Below the pieces are notes generated by a model. That model was not told the origin of the DNA. It worked only from the letters and a program-made list of their open reading frames with translations, and made no database searches. This document shows positions 1-27,699 of a stretch of 64,000 nucleotides of DNA, piece after piece (within the stretch, counting starts at the first letter, position 1; each line of letters starts with the position of its first letter). The translations under genes and the position numbers were made by a program. This DNA comes from Hormiphora californensis. Lineage: Eukaryota; Animalia; Ctenophora. The stretch spans positions 1,302,001 through 1,366,000 of the forward strand of contig CM035357.1 of assembly GCA_020137815.1 (NCBI GenBank), in the 5' to 3' direction.

Positions 1-16627
<16,627 letters not shown>

Positions 16628-16924
16628 TACATGCTGCTATGAAATATAGTTCAGGATTAGATGCGATTGGGACGGGGGTTGGCTTCAAGAAGGTCTGGGG
16701 TCAATGACATGGAAGATAACAATTTATTGGATAGATTCATACATTTTTGATAAGCAATGGAAATTAATATACAACTTAAAACTTTATATGTCCAGCATTC
16801 TTGTTTACGCCGGTAACTCAGGAAAAAGACTAACACGGCAGGTATTTTGAATAACGTTTTGCTCTCTCTCAATTTCCATATTTCCATGTTTTCATAATCA
16901 ATTTCCATGTTTTCATAATAATGT

Positions 16925-17472
<548 letters not shown>

Positions 17473-17894
17473 GTTCACTACAGCAACTACAGGGGTTCGA
17501 TGGGGTAATATTATTATTAGCAATGACTAGAATAGAGGGCGCCAAAAACCCGATAGTGCTCGATCAATGAGTGAGAGCTGGTTCAAAACAAAGGGAAACA
17601 AGGAATTTTGCAATGACCCCATTACACGGACCACGTATTAGTGACCCGTAGAAAATTTTCATTGCCTGTGACTTAAGGTGACACCCAAACCAGACCAGGG
17701 TCATATCAACGCAACCACATGGCCAATTTGAGTAACACAAACCGTATCTGATAGATAATCGAGAGCACTTAAGTCCATTTTTTCAAATGTGCACGGGATT
17801 GTTTTGCGTGTCTTGTAATCTTGTAATGTTCTTCGTACAGATGCTGTACCGGTGTCAGTTCCTCATAGAGCCTCCCCCTCCCTGGATACGAGAA

Positions 17895-18800
17895 GTATCC
17901 AGTCCAAAATTGAATTGTTATTTTGTCTAGTATATCCAGGTACCGGGGGTCGGTCCGGATATAAGAACTTCTTGGGGAATGGTTGAAGAGGATGCCGGAC
18001 GGCTTGGATTTTCTGTAGAGAGAAGATAATACCAGTGCCTCCAGGTGACACCCAAACCAGGCCAGGGTCATATCAACGCAACCACATTGCCAATTTGAGT
18101 AACACACACCGTATCTGATAGATAATCGATAGCACTAAAGTCCTTTTTTCAAATTTTCACCCCCTGCCCCCAGGCCAAAGTCGTGCACGGGATTGTTTTT
18201 CGTGTCTTGTAATCTTGTAATGTTCTTCGACCGGGGGTCGGTCCGGCAATACCCCCAGTACCTAGATATAAGAACTTCTTGGGGAATGGTTGAAGAGGAT
18301 GCCGGACGGCTTGGATTTTCTGTAGAGAGAAGATAATACTAGGTGAATCATGATAGTTGATACCCGTCTAATCGGCATCCTCTTCAACCATTCCCCAAAA
18401 AGTGCTCTGAACACAGTGAGGTTTTTGGCTAAGTTCACTTCACTTGGAAGGGTGTTCCATAGTCGGATCTCTCTTATAGAAGCGAAAGAGTTGTGGAATT
18501 TCGTGGCCGACGATTGTGTGGTAGTGGGGCATGTTGGCACCCAGGGACGGCGCTGGGCCTTGGGCCCAGCAAGTCCCTGGGTGTCCGGGGGGCGAAGCCC
18601 CCCCCCCCCCCGAAAATTTCGGACATTTTGAGGCGATTTTAAAAGATTTTAAGCATTTCTGAACTCCTTTTGTGAAAAATGGAAAAAAAGAAAGTTTGCT
18701 GATCACCCGGACGGCGGACACTCACGAGCGCCGTCCCTGTTGGCACCTCCGCTCGTAGTCCGACACGATCATTCAGGTAAAATAATATTAATAATAATTC
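17895..18800 (-). mobile_element. 3'-end remnant of a CR1/L2-type LINE with local duplications
   Basis: Fragments IRLWNTLPSEV...VFRALFGEWL and PDRPPVPGY...NNNSILDW resemble LINE ORF2 C-termini; 17675-17840 recurs at 18045-18230 and 17960-18030 recurs at 18268-18340. Confidence 0.6.
18542..18739. mobile_element. hAT-like MITE inserted in the LINE remnant
   Basis: 13-bp TIR CAGGGACGGCGCT...AGCGCCGTCCCTG, perfect 8-bp TSD TTGGCACC. Confidence 0.88.
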
Positions 18801-19340
18801 ATGACATTTAATATACCGCTTAATAGTGTTTAAAATAAATGGCTTGCTACTGATTCTATCAGATCGATGCTACACCATTTACCACTTTCTAAAGCGGTCC
18901 AAGAAAGGGCCAGTGGTAAAGGAGAGCCAATAACATATTTTTAACGCTCAGTCAAGATAACATCAACATACTATGTATTAGTAAGAGAATATGCTATGAT
19001 GATTATTTATAAATTAAGTAAATAAATTAATTTGATTGATAGAATTCGATTAAAAAGAGTGCAATCATATTTATTAATTGAATTAGTAATAAAGACATAA
19101 TATAATACTATTCATGTTAAGAGAGAGATAAGTTAATTGTTATAGACTATTATTAAGTATAGGTGAGTAAGTGAATGTGTTGGTGAGTGATGGACATGTA
19201 TGGGTAGTGGAGATGTGGGTGTTGGTATAGAACTGAGGTAAGTACGATTTAATGTATCATATAAAATATATAATCTGTATATATAATTATTATAATGAGA
19301 TCTGATCAGGATTAAATAGGGAGGAAACTAGAAAAATATC

Positions 19341-19415
19341 TGGCGAGGGCCGGGCTCGAACCGACAACCTCTGCATTACATGTACCTACATTGCTCTAAC
19401 CTATTGAGCTACCTC
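19341..19415 (-). pseudogene. tRNA-like (SINE-head-like) sequence, not a functional tRNA
   Basis: Minus strand GAGGTAGCTCAATAGGTTAGAGCA...GGTTCGAGCCCGGCCCTCGCCA has A and B boxes and a following T-run; anticodon arm aberrant, acceptor stem truncated. Confidence 0.65.
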
Positions 19416-19668
19416 AATATTTAAAAAAAAAATACGTGCACATATACATACTGTTACAGAAACAGTATACAGAATCAATACATGAGTCATGCATAGAAAC
19501 AGTATACAGTAGTAAACAGTTTACAGGGAGAACAGTTTACATGGATAACAGTGTACAAGAGTGATAAAAATATTAGTGATAGTAAAAAACAGTTAATAAT
19601 TAAAATTCAGATGTTCACTGACCCTGGTAGTGATCACTGTGTAAAATATCACCGATAATGAGAGACAC

Positions 19669-21245
19669 TTAGCAATAAGCTTTCTTAAAGAGGTAAGTTT
19701 TAAGTTGCTGTTTAAACACATCGACAGATTCACTTTCTCGCAGGGTTTTCGGCAACTCATTCCACAATTTAGGTGCACTAATACTAAAGGCTCTACTAGT
19801 GGATGTGTACTTGTGTGTGTATGGTTTGTGGAGGAGTGTGCTATCCTCGTCTGCCCTGACTACCTTGACCTTTGGCTTCCGGAGGGGGATGAGGTTGGAG
19901 ATGTAGGGGGGAGCCATTCCATTGATGGATTTGTATGTTAGTAAGCAGATTTTGAAGATGATTCTGCTTTTGATCGGAAGGAAGTGTAGGTCTTTCCGCA
20001 TCTGGGTCACTCCTCTCCTCTTTCTTGTTCCATAGACGAACCGTACAGCACTGTTTTGGACCTTTTGGAGGCGGTTTAAATCAGATTCTGTGGCACCATG
20101 ATAGAGTAGGGCATTTCCATAGTCTAGGCGAGAGTGTATTAACGAATGCACTAGCTTGATTTTCAGTTGCCTGGGAAGTTTTCTAGCTATCCTCCACAGA
20201 TTCAGAAGTTGCATATTACATGCTTGGACAAATTTCGAGATATGGCTTGCCATTGAGAGGGTGGGATCGAGCCAAATACCGAGATTACGGGCACTTGTCG
20301 TTGATTCGATTTCCGTAGACTGTACAATTGGACTTTCGTCTTTTTCAATCACTAATCCAGTTGGCCCAGGAGTGCGGTCGTCTTTGTGGTTGAGTATCAG
20401 AATTTCCGTTTTACTGGCATTTAGCTTGAGGTAGTTTTGCTTCATCCATTGCTTGATGTCACTGATACAATTTTGTAATTTATCCACAACAAAGTCAAAG
20501 GTTTCCGGCCTAAAACTAGTATAGATCTGGGTGTCGTCAGCGAAGAGGTGAATGTTAAGACCATGCTTTTCCGCAATCGACTGGAGCTCTTTGGTATACA
20601 TAATGAAGAGAATAGGCCCTAGGATGCTACCCTGCGGCACACCAATATCCACCTCTATTGATCTTGATCGTGCATCTCCAATTTGTACCGAGGTGGACCG
20701 ACCTGTGAGATATGATTTGAACCAGGCGAGAGCAGTATCTTCTATTCCGTAGTCCGTCCGCATCTTCTTTAGTAGTTTGCAGATAGGTCCAGCAGTAGTA
20801 GCACAGCCTTTGACTTCTTATCAAGCAGTAGCAGAAGATCATTAACAACTTTTAGTGTTGCAGTCTCACAACTATGGTGTTTGCGGTAAGCAGATTGAAC
20901 TCCCGATAGCAACTGATGGCTCTCTAAATGCTCGGTCAACTGTAAAGATACACATTTCTCAATGATCTTTGACACAAATGGTAGATTACTGATCGGGCGG
21001 TAGCTGCCAAGATCTTCAGGGTCAAGACCTTTTCCTTTGTATGCCGGCCTGATGACTGCTTCTTTGAACTTGGTAGGGAAAATTCCTGTCTTTAGACTGT
21101 CGTTGATGATTTTGGAGATAGCCGGAAGAAGCTCAATAAGAACAGAAGATACCATTGTGGATGGCATCGGGTCAAGAGAACAAGACTTTTTCTGCATTCC
21201 ACGGATAATTTTGAGCAAATCTTCGTCAGTGACTGGCTGAAAGCA
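19669..21245 (-). mobile_element. 5'-truncated L2/CR1-clade LINE reverse transcriptase, frameshifted
   Basis: ORFs 21218-20769 and 20763-19669: YRPISNLPFVSKIIEK, QSAYRKHHSCETA, GVPQGSILGP, FADD, LHFLPIKSRIIFK, LWNELP. A small deletion near 20770 removes the AFDTIDH-type motif. Confidence 0.93.
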
Positions 21246-21618
21246 TATTATTTATTATTATTATTAAAAGCGGATCCCGATGTTGTTTGGCGCTTCATAG
21301 ACATGCAGTGTATCGTTTACGGGATAAGGCACCACTTTTCAACTTTTTTGTTGGCAAATGCTGCTGGCCCAGCGCGGGATAAGGGCTAAGGCAGCGCTCT
21401 TCAAACTTTTAACTTTTTGCTTTTGCCTTTTTCAGAAAAAAAAAGTGTCAAACTCGCGACGCGAAAGAAAGGCGAAATCCCAAAACGACGCGGCATGTAA
21501 CGGATGCCGCCAATAATTTCATGATGCGACGCGGAGCTAAAGATGACGCGCGCGCTAAAAATTTGAAGTTCGTCTGAGCTGAGTTTTTTTCGTTAAAAAA
21601 ATTCAGTCTTCAGATTAT

Positions 21619-22006
21619 ATAAGGAACCATAATAAAGTTCAAGAGCCTCCAAGAGCACCCAAGAGCACACCCGATCGAAGAGAGACCACACCTGAGAGCG
21701 TACCACACCCAAAAGAGACCACATCCAAGAGCGCACCACCTCCAGAAGACACCACTTCAAGAGCGCACCACATCAAAGAGAGCTCCCCATCCAGAAGATA
21801 CCACGCGCAGGGGACACCACGCGCAGAAGAGACCAGCGCGGCGTTGTATTTGCGCGTGCGGTCTCTTCTGCGCGTGGTGTCCCCTGCGCGCGGTATCTTC
21901 TGGAGGGGGAGCTCTCTTTGATGTGGTGCGCTCTTGAAGTGGTGTCTTTTGGAGGTGGTGCGCTCTTGGATGGGGTGCGCTCTTGAACTTTATTATGGTT
22001 CCTTAT
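21619..22006. mobile_element. ~390-bp palindromic element upstream of the CD225 gene
   Basis: ATAAGGAACCATAATAAAGTTCAAGAGC...GCTCTTGAACTTTATTATGGTTCCTTAT ends, internal CACCAC/AAGAG subrepeats, central hairpin ~21790-21905. Confidence 0.7.
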
Positions 22007-22278
22007 TTTCTCAATTCTTAAAAACTTATCTACAGTCCCCTCGTGAAGGTACCCCATCGTTAGAAGTTTCACTTTAGACATTCAAAACAAAAGCTCTTCT
22101 CAGCATCATTCGATTTTTGTTTGAAACTCGAAATTCGAAATTTTTAGAAAATTTCGGTCTTCGGATTTCAAGCTGCCTTGTAAAACTTGCCAATTTCTGA
22201 GTGGCGAGGGAAAATACTCTTTCCTGTCATGTCCTCAATTTTGGACTACATTTTAAAATAAATTATCCCCCGTTAGAC

Positions 22279-24100
22279 ATGTCGGAAAAGGCTGGTGCCC
22301 CTGCGCCTCCTCCTTACTCTGCCGAGGTGAATTCAATTTATAATTCTCCGTTTTGTTGATTCTCAAATATTTTATAAGCGTGGAATAATATTATTTCCTA
22401 ATAACCAAATCATCATCAGGGTGCTCCTCCTCAAGGCTATCCCCCACCGCAGGGATACCCACCTCAACAAGGGTACCCACCTCAGCAAGGGTACCCACCT
22501 CAGCAAGGGTACCCACCTCAGCAAGGATATCCACCTCAACAAGGCTATCCACCCGCTCAGGGCTATCCACCAGCTCAGCAGTACCCTCCTCAGCAGTACC
22601 CTCCCGCTCAGCAGTACCCTCCCGCTGCTGGACAAAATGTCGTCGTGGTAAGAATGTTGGAATTTACACCATGATTTCATGTCACTGAGTGTATAACAGT
22701 ATATCTGATCTGGTAGGAACGAGCTTTCGTTAAATCACATCCGAACTTTTACAGTGATGCCACGCATACGTGCCACCTAGATCTCTTCAATTCTTTCCAT
22801 GCTATTCTCACTTTCTCCTTAGTCCCACTCTCTCGGTGTCAAATTTCAATTTTCTTTCTCGAAGCGGTACCGAGCAGGTTATTCACAACTCGTTACTCCA
22901 TCATTATACATTTCCATTGCACAAAAGACGTGTTTTGTGCACAAAAAACACATTTAATGATAAATGAAGTATGAACTATTTAAAAGTTCTTGTTTATAAG
23001 TGTAATTCTCATTCACCAGGTAACCCAAGCTAACGGACCCCCACCCCAATCCAACCAAATCCTCGCCTGGATTGCCTGTCTCTGTTTCTGCTGTCCCATT
23101 GGGCTTGCTGCTGTCATCAAGGCTAACAGGGCTGAGAGTTTGATACGAGAGGGAAGGATGGATGAGGCACGGAGAGAGGGAGAGGTAAGTGTCTCATTAT
23201 ACTCTCTGTGTGTTCTGTTCAATTCAACAACTAGCATGCTATGTACTCTTTAATCGCATTGCTGTATTGCACAACATCTCTCTCAGTTGTGTGTTTGTGT
23301 TCTCTTCTTGCCTTTCTTTTCAGCACTACAAAGCATGTTTTTGTCTTCTTTTATCTCTACATTCTATCATGCAACGCAATACTCTTTCTGAAGCTGTATG
23401 TAACACACTGACCTGACAAATTACTGGAAAGACATTATAATATAATGACACGTTATCCACTGAATCTCTCTAAGAACAAGGCAGTTGTAGTGACAGTGTA
23501 GTGTATACAAAGTAATTACAGTGCTGTAACAGAACTGGCAGCCCTGAAAAACACTTCAGTTACCAGACTCTCAGCTGGTGACTTCTAGAGTCTTCTTAGT
23601 CATTATTTATCCAGCTGTGTGGTAGTTCCGATGACAGAAGGATGTGCTATATCATCCCTCTATCAACACCTTAAAGTGTAATTGTAGTGCAGCCACTTGC
23701 AGTACAAAGTACAGTGAGACCTACAAAGTACAGTGAAACCTACGTATAAAAATGTATACATGACAATGCAAGATACCTTCATCGAGACTAATTGTACATT
23801 GTGTTTGTATGTGCTATTTACAGATCTAGATCTTCCTTACACGCACCCAAAAAGCTGCAAGGCATTTTTACATACCGCAGCACTTCAAGAAAGCTAACTG
23901 TATTAAATCTGAACCAGGGGAAGCGTATTACCGCACTCATTATACAATTTTTTCCGTACAGTAAAAACTGAACCAAATCTTTACAGAGTGCGAAGAAATT
24001 GGCTATTGTGGCCATTATCACCGGAATTGTGGGGGGAATCATAGCTGTTGTTCTCGGCGTCGTAGTTCAAGTTCAAGCTTTGAATGCTTTAGGCCCGTAA
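22279..24100 (+). CDS. Proline-rich CD225/dispanin (IFITM/PRRT1-like) membrane protein; exons 22279-22326, 22420-22647, 23020-23184, 23987-24100
   Basis: MSEKAGAPAPPPYSAE, (GYPPQQ)n, LAWIACLCFCCPIGLAAVIKANRAESLIREGRMDEARREGESAKKLAIVAIITG fits the CD225 pattern (CC-P-G-A...G...A); all introns phase 0, GT-AG. Confidence 0.88.
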
Positions 24101-24324
24101 AATTTCTGACCCAACGGCCAACTTTATACATTACCTTGTGATATAGGTATGTATAATTTTTAGCTCTAAAGTGCTTATATATATACAGTCGGACCCCGAT
24201 TTACCGGAACCCCGATTTATCGGAACCCCGATTTACCGAAATAGGAAATTAACAGTATTTGACCCCGATATACCAGGACCCCGATTTACCTGGCAAAACC
24301 CTTTCCCCGAGCATCCCGGTAAAT

Positions 24325-25117
24325 TAGTAGAGTCGATAACTACATCGACCTCTCCCAATTGTTCCAGTTTTTGTCACATCTGTTTGGAGCCTCGACACGA
24401 CCTCTAAACAGGTGTTACTTTTTCACAAACTGTTTTCATCTTGGTGTAATCAGCAGTTGAAATGATGCTGATCATAACAAAAACCTGACTAAATTTTTTC
24501 AACTTGGGGTAAAACCATGGGTGTCAAAAGTTAGCTCTAGGTCCCCTGAGTAACCATCCGGAGACTCTAAGAGATATTTCAAGCCGTTCTCCCGTAATCA
24601 TTAATCCCGGTGGAGAAAAAAATACAATGCGGACGTACGTGAGCGCTGGCAGGCTGTTTACATGTTATTGTATGTCTCTCACTCTCTCTGGAAAAACCGC
24701 ACGTGCGGTTGCGCCGCGCGAGATAACTCTTTCTCAAGGGGGAGAAAAGAGAGAGACGCACATTAACGTTATACATTAAAGTTGAGGTTGTAGGCAATTG
24801 CACGTACGTCCATACTCAAATATGTGCTCTACCGGGATTAATGATTACGGGAGAACGGCTTGAAATATCTCTTAGAGTCTCCGGATGGTTACTCAGGGGA
24901 CCTAGAGCTAACTTTTGACACCCATGGTTTTACCCCAAGTTGAAAAAATTTAGTCAGGTTTTTGTTATGATCAGCATCATTTCAACTGCTGATTACACCA
25001 AGATGAAAACAGTTTGTGAAAAAGTAACACCTGTTTAGAGGTCGTGTCGAGGCTCCAAACAGATGTGACAAAAACTGGAACAATTGGGAGAGGTCGATGT
25101 AGTTATCGACTCTACTA
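24325..25117. mobile_element. Foldback element with ~285-bp TIRs nested in a CAGT-type MITE (24186-25133)
   Basis: TAGTAGAGTCGATAAC...GTTATCGACTCTACTA; TSD is AAT (or AAATT, depending on the boundary chosen). Confidence 0.88.
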
Positions 25118-25149
25118 AATTGGGGTCCGACTGTATATATATGTATAAT

Positions 25150-25335
25150 TTTTTCCCTGCCCGGGTGGATGCCGAAGGCATCCACCCGGATGCCTTTTTA
25201 CTTTGTAAAAAGGCATAGCAGGGTTAGAATTCGAAAACGACATTTTGGTATACTAACTAATTTGGTAGAGGGACCATTTTGGTCACACTTTCGTTGCGAG
25301 GGGCAACCCGGTACCACCCGGTGTACTCAGCGTAG
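25150..25335. mobile_element. Possible Helentron/HINE-like end with nested hairpins
   Basis: T-run, then CCGGGTGGATGCCGAAGGCATCCACCCGG and ATGCCTTTTTACTTTGTAAAAAGGCAT palindromes. Confidence 0.3.
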
Positions 25336-25846
25336 CAACTGAGCCGCGCGCACAACAACAAGGTGCTCCTTTATCAAATCTTTCAACGACACAGTTTGAT
25401 GGACGTGTGTGCGCGCGCCACTCAACAAAATAGCGCTGCCGCGTGTTTCGCGTGTTACATACACATGGTCATCTTGCGAGTCGAATGTGAAAGGTTAGAT
25501 AAGTAGTTAAGTTGGAATGTCAAAAGCTAGTTAGCAAGTGTCATGTGAGTTAGCTAAGCTATGTGAGAAGTATACTGACAGCTAGATCGTATGCATCTCA
25601 CATTACATTACGACCAAGCCTTGATCCTGTTGGCAGTGATACGTGAAACGGGAGGGCAGGGAAACACAGCATTATGAATACATAATGCAATGATTCTTGT
25701 TAGATCTAAGGTGCTTATAGAAGTGACTGAAATTGAAAAAATGAATGAGTTCTGATCATATAATATATAATTTACATATAATATTTTTTCTGTAACAGTA
25801 AAAACAAAAACAAAATACCGTTTATAAAGTGTTGTGATGTAAACTG

Positions 25847-25994
25847 ATGAGTTCAGAGCAAGAATTAAATAGGGTTTGGTAGCTTAGTGGTTTATAGCTC
25901 CGAGCATGTCTCTCTGGAGGTCCCTGGTTCAATTCCCGGTCAAACCCAGTATTTTTCGATTTTCTTCCCTATTTAATTCTTGCTCTGAACTCAT
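25847..25994 (+). mobile_element. tRNA-like cassette (25873-25948) enclosed by a perfect 28-bp inverted repeat
   Basis: ATGAGTTCAGAGCAAGAATTAAATAGGG...CCCTATTTAATTCTTGCTCTGAACTCAT; inside are A box TAGCTTAGTGG, B box GGTTCAATTCC, stem GGTTTGG/TCAAACC and a TTTTT terminator. Confidence 0.7.
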
Positions 25995-27059
25995 TATTCC
26001 GAATACTAATAAATCTCTCCTTAACCGAGTTCTGCCCGTGTATGTGTGAGATTCCCCATTAAACTGTTGTACAGAGGGCGTGTGTGTGTGTTGATCACCA
26101 GAAGGAGATATCAAAATTACTTCCCTTGATGTAAACTGAATCAAATCTATTAAATTAATCCCTGCTGTATTCAGTATTGTGATATAATAAGTGATGTCAT
26201 TCGTTTCACAATGCTCCCCCCTCTTTCTTTTCACCATTTTAAATCTTTTCTCCCGTTTTTTTTGTTATGAGCATCCTCTTTCATACTTTCATTTCGGATT
26301 GCTTTTACCGTTGGATAGACCCTCAGAAACTCTCTTGTGTATATCCTATACCATTCATCTTCTTCGTATCATTGTCCTTATATCTTTATCGAATTATCTT
26401 ACTCATTAATCTCTACTTATCTTTTTCCTTATCTCTTCTTATATCTACTTATTATCTATCTATTCTTCACGTTCTATATTCTTATTATCTTCAGTTATCT
26501 ATTATCTACGTAATTTCATTATAAAGTTCATAATTATTTAAAGTTAATATATTATTTCTTTAATTATCTCATCAATGTTCAGTTTATCATTCTCAGTTAT
26601 AATTCTATCTACAGTTAATATCTTATATAAGTTAATATATCATATATACAGTTAATATTCTTAAGTTATATTTATATAGTTCTATATCTATCTTAAGTTA
26701 ATATATTATTATAAGTTTATATTATTCCGTTTTCTATTAATAGTATACTTCCGTAATACTAATATATTCAACGTTCATATATCTTACGTAATATATCTAC
26801 AGTAATCTTATATCCGTTACAATTATATATTTAAAATTATATATATTCAGTTCATATCATAACGTTCATTCTACTCTATCGTTAATATTATATATAAGTT
26901 ATAATATATTATAACAGTTAATAATTTATCTCCGTTCATTATTATATCTAACGTTATATTCATCTAAGTTAATCTTCTAATACAGTTAATCATTTATTAC
27001 AGTTAATATTCTTTATCCAGTTCATAATCTATATACGTATATCTCTCTACGTTCATAAT

Positions 27060-27560
27060 CTATCACAGTTCATCTTCTCTTCCGTTCATCTTATATCCCG
27101 TTCATCATCTCTCTCTCGTTCATCTCTCTCCCGTTCATCTTCTCTCTCCCGTTTATCTTCTCTCTCTCCCGTTCATCATCTCTCTCCCGTTCATCATCTC
27201 TCTCCCGTTCATCTTCTCTCTCCCGTTCATCTTCTCTCTCCCGTTCATCATCTTCTATCTCCCGTTCATCATCTCTCTCCCGTTCATCTTCTCTCTCCCG
27301 TTCATCATCTCTCTCCCGTTCATCATCTCTCTCCCGTTCATCTTCTCTCTCCCGTTCATCTTCTCTCTCCCGTTCATCATCTCTCTCCCGTTCATCTTCT
27401 CTCTCCCGTTCATCTTCTCTCTCCCGTTCATCATCTCTCTCCCGTTCATCATCTTCTCTCTCCCGTTCATCATCTCTCTCACATTCATCATCTCTCTCCC
27501 GTTCATCATCTCTCTCCCGTTCATCTTCTCTCTCCCGTTCATCTTCTCTCTCCTGTTCAT
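27060..27560 (+). repeat. ~18-20 bp minisatellite (CCCGTTCATCATCTCTCT) abutting the acceptor of the alternative last exon, decaying leftward to ~26200
   Basis: Directly visible tandem array. Confidence 0.95.
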
Positions 27561-27582
27561 TAATTCATTACTGTAATTACAG

Positions 27583-27699
27583 AGTGCGAAGAAGCTGGCT
27601 ATTGTTGCCATTATAACTGGAATCTTGATGGGAGTCCTAACTGGTGTTATCGTCGTCGTCATCCAAGTTATAGCAGTTTCGGCAATTAATTCCTACTAA
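27583..27699 (+). CDS. Duplicated alternative last exon of the CD225 gene
   Basis: ttacag|SAKKLAIVAIITGILMGVLTGVIVVVIQVIAVSAINSY*, followed by the same AAAATTTCTGACCCAAC 3' motif as exon 23987-24100. Confidence 0.75.
   Translation, partial: SAKKLAIVAIITGILMGVLTGVIVVVIQVIAVSAINSY

Noticed and set aside
19341-19415. Functional tRNA gene
   Set aside because: Truncated acceptor stem, abnormal anticodon loop, and flanks shared with a repeat family
25844-25875. CTGATGA as a hammerhead ribozyme core (also at ~60314)
   Set aside because: No correctly placed stem II and GAAA
27255-27662. MNGRE-repeat ORF
   Set aside because: Antisense read of the minisatellite and the CD225 alternative exon
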